Source of the DNA: Eledone cirrhosa
Taxonomy: Eukaryota
Assembly: GCA_964016885.1 (NCBI GenBank)
Contig: OZ024742.1
Span: 17,794,001 to 17,858,000 of the forward strand
Reading direction: 5' to 3'
DNA length: 64,000 nt
Shown here: piece by piece, positions 52,313-64,000 of the stretch
Layout: each line of letters opens with the position of its first letter
Numbering within the stretch: position 1 is the stretch's first letter
Program-made: the position numbers and the translations under genes
The notes under the pieces: generated by a model
Told to the model about the DNA's origin: nothing
The model's database searches: none
What the model saw: only the letters and a program-made list of their open reading frames with translations

Positions 52313-55020
52313 AAATTGGAATAAATGCTCTGAAATAGCGATATATATGTGAATATAGACATAGAATATTCGAAAATATTCTGTATGTTTACAATAAACA
52401 TTTTGAAGACCTAATCGCTATAGAATAGAATACGTCACGTATTACAATTAGATTCTCGATAAAAGCAAGGGAAGTAAGTCTACGCGTTTCATTCTTGTTA
52501 GAATTCATCAGGACTACATATCCAGTGCTTTCATCGAGAATGACACAGCTAGAGACTTATAGAATACTTAGCTGTGTACAGGAACTGGTTTGAAAGAGCT
52601 CTTTCAAACCAGTTCCTGTACACAGCTAAGTATTCTATAAGTCTCTAGCTGTGTCATTCTCGATGAAAGCACTGGATATGTAGTCCTGATGAATTCTAAC
52701 AAGAATGAAACGCGTAGACTTACTTCCCTTGCTTTTATCGAGAATCTAATTGTAATACGTGACGTATTCTATTCTATAGCGATTAGGTCTTCAAAATGTT
52801 TATTGTAAACATACAGAATATTTTCGAATATTCTATGTCTATATTCACATATATATCGCTATTTCAGAGCATTTATTCCAATTTCTAATTTCTGCCGGAC
52901 CGGCAACCGCTCTTTCAAACCAGTTCCTGTACACAGCTAAGTATTCTATAAGTCTCTAGCTGTGTCATTCTCGATGAAAGCACTGGATATGTAGTCCTGA
53001 TGAATTCTAACAAGAATGAAACGCGTAGACTTACTTCCCTTGCTTTTATCGAGAATCTAATTGTAATACGTGACGTATTCTATTCTATAGCGATTAGGTC
53101 TTCAAAATGTTTATTGTAAACATACAGAATATTTTCGAATATTCTATGTCTATATTCACATATATATCGCTATTTCAGAGCATTTATTCCAATTTCTAAT
53201 TTCTGCCGGACCGGCAACCGCTCTTTCAAACCAGTTCCTGTACACAGCTAAGTATTCTATAAGTCTCTAGCTGTGTCATTCTCGATGAAAGCACTGGATA
53301 TGTAGTCCTGATGAATTCTAACAAGAATGAAACGCGTAGACTTACTTCCCTTGCTTTTATCGAGAATCTAATTGTAATACGTGACGTATTCTATTCTATA
53401 GCGATTAGGTCTTCAAAATGTTTATTGTAAACATACAGAATATTTTCGAATATTCTATGTCTATATTCACATATATATCGCTATTTCAGAGCATTTATTC
53501 CAATTTCTAATTTCTGCCGGACCGGCAACCGCTCTTTCAAACCAGTTCCTGTACACAGCTAAGTATTCTATAAGTCTCTAGCTGTGTCATTCTCGATGAA
53601 AGCACTGGATATGTAGTCCTGATGAATTCTAACAAGAATGAAACGCGTAGACTTACTTCCCTTGCTTTTATCGAGAATCTAATTGTAATACGTGACGTAT
53701 TCTATTCTATAGCGATTAGGTCTTCAAAATGTTTATTGTAAACATACAGAATATTTTCGAATATTCTATGTCTATATTCACATATATATCGCTATTTCAG
53801 AGCATTTATTCCAATTTCTAATTTCTGCCGGACCGGCAACCGCTCTTTCAAACCAGTTCCTGTACACAGCTAAGTATTCTATAAGTCTCTAGCTGTGTCA
53901 TTCTCGATGAAAGCACTGGACATGTAGTCCTGATGAATTCTAACAAGAATGAAACGCGTAGACTTACTTCCCTTGCTTTTATCGAGAATCTAATTGTAAT
54001 ACGTGACGTATTCTATTCTATAGCGATTAGGTCTTCAAAATGTTTATTGTAAACATACAGAATATTTTCGAATATTCTATGTCTATATTCACATATATAT
54101 CGCTATTTCAGAGCATTTATTCCAATTTCTAATTTCTGCCGGACCGGCAACCGCTCTTTCAAACCAGTTCCTGTACACAGCTAAGTATTCTATAAGTCTC
54201 TAGCTGTGTCATTCTCGATGAAAGCACTGGATATGTAGTCCTGATGAATTCTAACAAGAATGAAACGCGTAGACTTACTTCCCTTGCTTTTATCGAGAAT
54301 CTAATTGTAATACGTGACGTATTCTATTCTATAGCGATTAGGTCTTCAAAATGTTTATTGTAAACATACAGAATATTTTCGAATATTCTATGTCTATATT
54401 CACATATATATCGCTATTTCAGAGCATTTATTCCAATTTCTAATTTCTGCCGGACCCGCAACCGCTCTTTCAAACCAGTTCCTGTACACAGCTAAGTATT
54501 CTATAAGTCTCTAGCTGTGTCATTCTCGATGAAAGCACTGGATATGTAGTCCTGATGAATTCTAACAAGAATGAAACGCGTAGACTTACTTCCCTTGCTT
54601 TTATCGAGAATCTAATTGTAATACGTGACGTATTCTATTCTATAGCGATTAGGTCTTCAAAATGTTTATTGTAAACATACAGAATATTTTCGAATATTCT
54701 ATGTCTATATTCACATATATATCGCTATTTCAGAGCATTTATTCCAATTTCTAATTTCTGCCGGACCGGCAACCGCTCTTTCAAACCAGTTCCTGTACAC
54801 AGCTAAGTATTCTATAAGTCTCTAGCTGTGTCATTCTCGATGAAAGCACTGGATATGTAGTCCTGATGAATTCTAACAAGAATGAAACGCGTAGACTTAC
54901 TTCCCTTGCTTTTATCGAGAATCTAATTGTAATACGTGACGTATTCTATTCTATAGCGATTAGGTCTTCAAAATGTTTATTGTAAACATACAGAATATTT
55001 TCGAATATTCTATGTCTATA

Positions 55021-55024
<4 letters not shown>
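52313..55024 (+). mobile_element. 311-bp hammerhead-containing tandem array with inverted head copy (non-LTR retrozyme-like, family D)
   Basis: Units start at 52599, 52910, 53221, 53532, 53843, 54154, 54465 and 54776 (last one partial). 52313-52598 is an exact inverted copy of 52599-52884. Flanked by (TA)n. Confidence 0.93.
52656..52745 (+). ncRNA. Type I hammerhead ribozyme, first of eight plus-strand array copies (inverted copy at 52452-52541)
   Basis: CTGATGA 52686-52692; stem II ATTCT-AACA-AGAAT; GAAA 52707-52710; stem III ACGCGT; GTA cleavage after 52716; stem I GTAGTC/GACTTAC extended by ATTCTCGATGAAAGCA/TGCTTTTATCGAGAAT. Confidence 0.9.
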
Positions 55025-55083
<59 letters not shown>

Positions 55084-55087
<4 letters not shown>

Positions 55088-55520
55088 GCACACATACATA
55101 TATGTACGTATCAGTTTAGCGAACATTTATTATAATGCTCGCTTTGTCCGTTTGTAAACAAACGGACAGCCTGATTTATGCCGTACGGTGTTAAGGCAAC
55201 CACGTCACCTTTTTGTTCAACACTGACACAGGAACGATGTACTAGTTTCAAGCTTGTTAGCTATCGTCAGCACCGTATACCCTTCTGCCAGATGGTTGAA
55301 CGTTCGAAAGTATATACTGGCAGAAGGGTATACGGTGCTGACGATAGCTAACAAGCTTGAAACTAGTACATCGTTCCTGTGTCAGTGTTGAACAAAAAGG
55401 TGACGTGGTTGCCTTAACACCGTACGGCATAAATCAGGCTGTCCGTTTTTTTACAAACGGACAAAGCGAGCATTATAATAAATGTTTGCTAAACTGATAC
55501 GTACATATATATATGTGTGC

Positions 55521-55576
<56 letters not shown>

Positions 55577-55995
55577 GCTACTGTACGTCTGTATGCATAT
55601 ATGTATGTACGTATACATACTTGCATTTAAGTAAGTGCCGTACTAAGAGTGAGAAATGAAATTTCATTTCATTCTATTCCATTTTATCGTTTTCGGTGCG
55701 CCTGGCCGACTGAACTCACTCGATATGCAAATTACGCTGCTCAGCCGTTAATTTTCATAAGGAAAGTATATACTTTCGAACGATCAACCATCTGGCAGAA
55801 GGGTATACGGTGCTGACGATAGCTAACAAGCTTGAAACTAGTACATCGTTCCTGCGTCAGTGTTGAACAAAAAGGTGACGTGGTTGCCTTTACACCGTAC
55901 GGCTTAAATCAGGCTGTCCGTTTGTTTACAAACGGACAAAGCGAGCATTATAATAAATGTTCGCTAAACTGATACGTACATATATATATGTATGC

Positions 55996-56041
<46 letters not shown>

Positions 56042-56147
56042 GCTACTGTACGTCTGTATGCATATATGTATTACGTATACATACATACTTGCATTTAAGT
56101 AAGTGCCGTACTAAGAGTGAGAAATGAAATTTCATTTCATTCTATTC

Positions 56148-56152
<5 letters not shown>
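55084..56152 (+). mobile_element. 475-bp hammerhead-containing tandem dimer with inverted head (family F)
   Basis: Plus-strand units start near 55317 and 55792; 55084-55305 is an inverted partial copy; a further inverted piece lies at 50774-50833. Confidence 0.82.
55332..55374 (+). ncRNA. Type I hammerhead ribozyme (family F; other copies 55807-55849 on + and 55234-55276 on -)
   Basis: ACGGTG-CTGACGA-TAGCT-AACA-AGCTT-GAAA-CTAG-T-A-CATCGT; palindromic stem III ACTAGT; GTA cleavage after 55368. Confidence 0.82.
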
Positions 56153-56183
<31 letters not shown>

Positions 56184-56790
56184 TTATTTATTTATTTATA
56201 TATAAATATGTGTGTGTATATATATATATATATACACATATATTTATTTTTTTATATCCAATTGAGTTCTTCACGCATGGTTAAAATTCTTGACAGAATT
56301 AATTGACCTGCGTGCATATTATTTTATCCTTTAATGTTTTGCGATGACCTCCCCTTCCCGCTTGGTGACGGTGTGAGATTTCTCTTTGGAGACTGCTGGA
56401 ATTTCAAATTTGGCGGTCACTCTAACACTGACGGGTACCATCGCTGAATGTTAATATCGGTAGGGTTTTGTTTATATCGATATTGTTGGGCATCCACTGA
56501 TGATTTATAAGTGCCCACCTGCATATATTCCTATAGACTATGTGTAGGCTTCTACATAACCTGGACATTATTTTCCCAACTTGTAGAAAACTTATAATGA
56601 AACGATCGTTTGGAAAGAGGGATGTATTTAATTATGTCTCATATAAAATAATACAACTGGCTATCTGCAAAATACGTAGAGTTAGCACCCCAAACGTATA
56701 ATTGGGATTATACTAAGGTATATCCTAATGTTTGTTGAGTGAGATGGAAGTCGGTCGGAGTATTGATTAAAGCTTTCTCTGTTAATGTAT

Positions 56791-56859
<69 letters not shown>

Positions 56860-57032
56860 TAATGAATTAACCTTACGTTACTGTTGGTTCACTAGCTTGA
56901 GTACTCAATACACAGGTGGATCCATTTAAGTATAGTGCGCAGGGTTGTATATTAAAGCGGGATCTTCTGAAACTGTGAAATATTAATCTGTGAACACCGA
57001 TGTAAATATTTCAAAAAGATTACAAAATATTG

Positions 57033-57099
<67 letters not shown>

Positions 57100-57102
<3 letters not shown>

Positions 57103-57660
57103 AGGGTTTATGATTTTTCTCGCATCTGGTTGGTGTTCGAATGTAACTTCTGTTTTATGTGGAAAAAATGAGTTGAAATGCTAGGTTTTTTAGAAAAGTA
57201 ATTTGGTTGGTTGATGACTGTCACATAAATAAATATAATAAATTTCGCGCCAGTTCGCGTTACAAAGTTCTTATTGTATATGCGTTTAAAGGGGGGGGGG
57301 GCTCAGATTGTTTTTTCATATATGCGTGAAATCTAGTTGGTTGATGCAGTCACGTGAATAAGCACATCAACTTTCTCACCAGTTCGTGTTTGAAGGTTCT
57401 TTATTGTCATTTTCACTTAAAAAAGTGGCTCAAAAATGTATATTTGATTGGTTATGACTGTCACGTGAATAAGTACATTAAATTTCGCGCCAGTTCGTAT
57501 TTGGAGGTTCTTTGTAGCCGTTTTCACAGTCACATGATTTGTCATAGAGTTTTGTGCCAAACAAAAAATAATGGTCAAGAAAAAAGGAATGTGTGTCGGA
57601 AAATAATTCTATTAGTAGAAATAGGGGAGGGAGTTATGTGTGTGTGTATGGGTGTTATAT
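57100..57660 (-). mobile_element. Diverged internal fragment of family C
   Basis: Shares CATCTGGTTGG and ATAAATTTCGCGCCAGTTCGCGTTACAA with 51080-51400, and ATTCTATTAGTAGA with the 51636-51649 spacer. Confidence 0.65.
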
Positions 57661-57810
57661 GTGTGTGTACGTATGTTGCTTCATATGACACTACTATGAC
57701 AACTTACACTTGGGTCTCCAATAGTCGTCGCTGAGCATATAAAAAAATCTAAATCACAGAAGTAAGCTTTATTCCATCGTTATATTTTTGTTTTTTCTGT
57801 TCAAATTCTA

Positions 57811-57869
57811 GCTGTCTGATGAGGTCACAACAGTTGTATAATGGTTATCACCGAAATATATATAATAGT
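57811..57869 (+). ncRNA. Type I hammerhead ribozyme (family G)
   Basis: Stem I GCTGT/ATAGT (two G-U pairs); CTGATGA 57816-57822; stem II closed by GGT/ACC; GAAA 57853-57856; stem III ATATATAT; cleavage after A57864. Confidence 0.62.
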
Positions 57870-58050
57870 GACTATGAATAAACGTAAATAATGTTAACCT
57901 GTTCACTTACACTTCTTATATATAAATATTCTCCGTAGTAAACAGACCCACATGCGATATGTCGATACTGATGTGTCGGTAATTAACCAACACTTACATG
58001 AATTAATTATATATATATATATAATTAATTCGAGTATGTATTGGTTAATA

Positions 58051-58084
<34 letters not shown>

Positions 58085-58181
58085 CAGAATGAAGGGGGTA
58101 AAAGCCAGTTAGACAATTAACCACCAGAGTACTCGATACTTGGGGTAATAGAGTGGGTAATATGAATTTTTCATATAGATG

Positions 58182-58224
<43 letters not shown>

Positions 58225-59372
58225 CGTTTCTGAATTTGTTTAGCAAGATTCTTTATCTGAAATCGTGTGTTGAGACCGATATTGTTATACTTTGGGAGGG
58301 TCATGTTGCCAATAAGAAACACACGCACCAGTTGCTTTCACTTCAATTTATTATAATAAATTTATAATAAGTTTATAAATTTATAAATTTCTGGTTGGTT
58401 GGTTGGTTCCACAACCAGATAGTTGTTTATATATTGTCAAAGTTCCTTCGTCACACATTCTGTGACCTCCTCAGTGACTGGGGATTCTTTTCTTTGTTTT
58501 TTGTGCCTCTCCTTTGTTCTGTCCTATGCCATCTTGTTTTTATGTGTGTCAAAACAAAGAAAAGAATCCCCAGTCACTAAAGAGGTCACAGAATGTGTGA
58601 CGAAAGAACCCCGAGAATATATAAACAACCATCTGGTTGTGGAACCAACCAACCAACCGCAAATTTATAAATTCCTAAATTTATAAATTTATTATAATAA
58701 ATTGAAGTGAAAGCAACTGGTGCGTGTGCTTCCTATTGGCAACATGACCCTCCCAAGCATAACAATATCGGCTTCAACACACGCCCTCAGACAAAGAATC
58801 CTGCCAAACAAATTCAGAAACGAGATATATATATATATGTATATATATATATCATCATTGTCGTTTAATGTCTACTTTCCACCCTAGCGTGGGTTAGAAG
58901 GGTTTGTCCCATATGAGGCAAATTGGGTTGGGTGACCATGTCTTGGTTCATATAGGACTGTTTCTGGCTGGTTTTCTACGGCTGGATGCCCTTCCTAACA
59001 CCAACCACATTTACTGTGTGTGCTGGGGGCTTTCTGCTGTGTCTCCTACACAACCACTTTACAGTGTGGGCTGGATAAAAATGTATGATGCATGTATATG
59101 TGTATAAACTGTTGAGTTACCACAAGGCCTCTTCCCCATCTTGAAGATTCTATGCACAATCTTCAATATATGACTACCTATATTAGTAACATATCTTTGT
59201 CTTCTCTCTCTCTTTATCAGTTACAGGTTTCTCCCTCTGGTACTCAATCCTCAGTGTTGGTCTCGTCTGTACATTTTACACATCACTGGTAAGGCACCTC
59301 TTTTCTTTCTTTCTCCTCCCCCCCTCTATATGGATGCTGTGTGTGTGTATATATATATATATGTATATATAT

Positions 59373-59417
<45 letters not shown>

Positions 59418-59574
59418 TATATATAACGAAGGAAATGTGGTAAGGAACCAGATGGACCATAACGCACCAAAGTACTCAATACTTAAGGTAGTAGAGTGGG
59501 TAATAGGAACGAGTAGGACCCCGACGGCTGAGCTCAAGCCGTTTCGACGGCTAATTCTGGACTAATATATATAC

Positions 59575-59698
<124 letters not shown>

Positions 59699-60173
59699 GT
59701 GTGTGTGTGTGTGTAGTGTAGATCTATAGCGAAGGTAGGTCCATAACTCCTATGTGTGACCTTGAGCCAATCCGCTATGAAACGTGCAATCACAATAAAT
59801 ATCTTATACATGTAAACGAAACTTCCACGTTTTTTCTAATATATATATATATATATATATTTCGCCCCTGAATATGCCTAGCAAGATTCTTCATCTGAAA
59901 TCGTGTGTTGAAACCGATATTGTTATACTTTGGGAGGGTCATGTTGCCTATAAGAAACACACGCACCAGATGAAGAATCTTGCTAGGCAGATTCAGGGTC
60001 GAAATATATATATATATATATATATTAGAAAAAACGTGGAAGTTTCGTTTACATGTATAAGATATTTATTGTGATTGCACGTTTCATAGCGGATTGGCTC
60101 AAGCTCACACATAGGAGTTATGGACCTACCTTCGCTATCGATCTACACTACACACACACACACATATATATAT

Positions 60174-61263
<1,090 letters not shown>

Positions 61264-61430
61264 TATATATATATATATATATATTAGTCCAGAATTAGCC
61301 GTCGAAACGGCTTGAGCTCAGCCGTCGGGGTCCTACTCGTTCCTATTACCCACTCTACTACCCTAAGTATTGAGTACTTTGGTGCGTTATGGTCCACTTG
61401 GTGCCTTACCACATTTCCTTCGTTATATAT

Positions 61431-61502
<72 letters not shown>

Positions 61503-62020
61503 ATATATACATATATATATACACACACACACACAGCATGCATATAGAGGGGGGGAGGAGAAAGAAAGAAAAGAGGTGCCTTACCAGTGATGTGTAAAAT
61601 GTACAGACGAGACCAACACTGAGGATTGAGTACCAGAAGGAGAAACCTGTAACTGATAAAGAGAGAGAGAAGACAAAGATATGTTACTAATATAGGTAGT
61701 CATATATTGAAGATTGTGCATAGAATCTTCAAGATGGGGAAGAGGCCTTGTGGTAACTCAACAGTTTATACACATATACATGCATCATACATTTTTATCC
61801 AGCCCACACTGTAAAGTGGTTGTGTAGGAGACACAGCAGAAAGCCCCCAGCACACACAGTAAATGTGGTTGGTGTTAGGAAGGGCATCCAGCCGTAGAAA
61901 ACCAGCCAGAAACAGTCCTATATGAACCAAGACATGGTCACCCAACCCAATTTGCCTCAAATGGGACAAACCCTTCTAACCCACGCTAGGGTGGAAAGTA
62001 GACATTAAACGACAATGATG

Positions 62021-62060
<40 letters not shown>

Positions 62061-62598
62061 CTCGTTTCTGAATTTGTTTGGCAGGATTCTTTGTCTGAGG
62101 GCGCGTGTTGAAGCCGATATTGTTATGCTTGGGAGGGTCATGTTGCCAATAGGAAGCACACGCACCAGTTGCTTTCACTTCAATTTATTATAATAAATTT
62201 ATAAATTTAGGAATTTATAAATTTGCGGTTGGTTGGTTGGTTCCACAACCAGATGGTTGTTTATATATTCTCGGGGTTCTTTCGTCACACATTCTGTGAC
62301 CTCTTCAGTGACTGGGGATTCTTTTCTTTGTTTTGACACACACAAAAACAAGATGGCATAGGACAGAACAAAGGAGATGCACAAAAAACAAAGAAAAGAA
62401 TCCCCAGTCACTGAGGAGGTCACAGAATGTGTGACGAAGGAACTTTGACAATATATAAACAACTATCTGGTTGTGGAACCAACCAACCAACCAGAAATAT
62501 ATAAATTTATAAATTTATTATAAATTTATTATAATAAATTGAAGTGAAAGCAACTGGTGCGTGTGTTTCTTATTGGCAAAATGACCCTCCCAAAGTAT

Positions 62599-62639
<41 letters not shown>

Positions 62640-62644
<5 letters not shown>

Positions 62645-64000
62645 ATGCTTTGGGAGGGTCATGTTGCCAATAAGAAACACACGCACCAGTTGCTTTCACT
62701 TCAATTTATTATAAATTAAATTTATAAATGTAGGAATTTATAAATTTCCGGTTGGTTGGTTGGTTGGTTCCACAACCAGACGATTGTTCATATATTGTCA
62801 AAGTTCTTTCGTCACACATTCTGTGACCACTTCAGTGACTGGGGATTCTTTTCTTTGTTTTTGTGCCTTTCCTTTGTTCTGTCATACGCCATCTTGTTTT
62901 TGTGTGTGTTGTGTGCTTAGTTTGCGCATGTGTTACATCCGGGTGTCTGTGTGTGTTTATATTTGTTTATTTATTTGTTTATTTACATGTTACTGGTTGG
63001 TTGTTTGTTCTATGTGTGTGTGTGTTTTCATTTGTCCTTAATTGTAAGTTGTGATGTTGCTATTCCATTCATGTTTTCTATTTAATTTTGGTTGGAGTTC
63101 ATTTATGTTTATTGCCTCTGTGATTTGTCTAAACATTGCGTCTTTTCTGTGTGTAGATTCTATTTTTATTTCTATGTTCTCTAATTTACCCTTATGTTCT
63201 ATTTTAGCATGTTGGTGGAGTACAGATGATTCTTTACTATCTTGAAGCTCTCGCCAGTGTTCATTTATCCGTTCCCCTATACTACGAGCTGTCTCACCTA
63301 TGTACACTATATTTTTGTGTCTACATTGTCCTTCAGTACATCTTATGCTATATACTACATTTGTAGTTTTACAGTTAATATGGGGGCTTAGTTTACAGAT
63401 TATAGATTTCTTATCAATACAGGGAGGTATTGCTAATAAATGTTTTTATGGAGGTACCTGGTCTTTCTACTATCTTAATATTGAGTTTATGTTTATCTAG
63501 GGCCCTTCTAAATTTGTAAGCTAATTCACCTCTAGGGGTTGTATCGATGAACATTACATCTGGTATTTATTGCTATCATACCATGAGTTTATTCTATTAA
63601 CCTTATTCCTAGTTCTTTCTATTCTATTCCAAAATTTGCTCCTATACAAGGGGCAGGTCCCATTTGTATCATTATTTACCATTTTTCCCATTCGGTTCTG
63701 GCCCCTCTATATACTCTGATTTTATCTCTCTGATTGTAACCAGAGAACTGCATACGGTGGATGAAGTGTTGTATGTGTCTCTCTAGTTCTTTGGGGTTGC
63801 ACATGCGGGACACGTTTCTCATCACCCGTACCAAATCCGCAATCAGTATGTTGATTTTGGTATGGTCCGAAACAGCTGAGTTTCGGTGGATCAGATATTT
63901 TGAAGTCATGGGTTTGGCATAATGGGAATGGAGGATTTTTTTTTTGTTATTAATGGTACCTAACAAGAGCTCTGTGTCTAGTACAGGTAATCGATGGTTG
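62640..64000 (-). mobile_element. 3' part of a decayed Penelope-like element (Nematis-like) with its pseudo-LTR
   Basis: 62640-62910 is homologous to the repeats at 58280-58550 and 62120-62330; coding remnants lie upstream; the element runs off the window edge. Confidence 0.85.
63038..64000 (-). pseudogene. Frameshifted PLE RT-thumb/linker/GIY-YIG coding region
   Basis: Fragments across frames: LPVLDTE..HYAKPMTS..SA..RVMRN..MQFSGY; CPLYRSKFW; VMFIDTTPRGEL; CKTTNVVYSIRC..C..VYIGETARSIGERINEH..RQITEA..LNRKHEW. At least three frame breaks. Confidence 0.87.

Noticed and set aside
59715-59840. Hammerhead in the small central palindrome (ATAGCG...CGCTAT-GAAACGTGC)
   Set aside because: No CTGANGA or covariant core upstream, and no valid cleavage triplet with a stem I.
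59860-60010. Hammerhead at the end of the Nematis-like pLTR (CAGATGA...hairpin...CGAAA-TATA)
   Set aside because: The core is CAGATGA or CAGATAA, stem II is not adjacent to GAAA, and no stem I partner is present.

Overview
AT-rich, microsatellite-saturated animal DNA with no recognisable host gene. The tRNA-derived SINEs and repeat landscape resemble an octopod cephalopod genome (inference). Almost all ORF-track entries are microsatellite or satellite artefacts. Real content: (i) a near-complete Penelope-like retroelement (PLE; RT + C-terminal GIY-YIG, CxCx5C linker, probably Hydra clade) at 9.1-17.5 kb with pseudo-LTRs, an inverted 5' arm and one frameshift; (ii) a decayed Nematis-like PLE at the right edge; (iii) RTE LINE, CRE-like, Helitron and SINE fragments; (iv) a 22.8-kb composite satellite, AATGTCAGTGGAGATGTT(GT)n. 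The main signal is non-coding: about 20 type I hammerhead ribozyme (HHR) motifs from six sequence families, all with palindromic or near-palindromic stem III. They include a near-perfect 311-bp HHR tandem array with an inverted head copy (non-LTR retrozyme-like, predicted circular RNA), a 475-bp HHR dimer and a U3-A8 covariant-core HHR family, mostly nested in (TA)n tracts. One palindromic PLE pLTR carries a strand-biased A>G cluster suggestive of ADAR hyper-editing fixed by reverse transcription. All alignments and folds were done by eye; no database searches were run.
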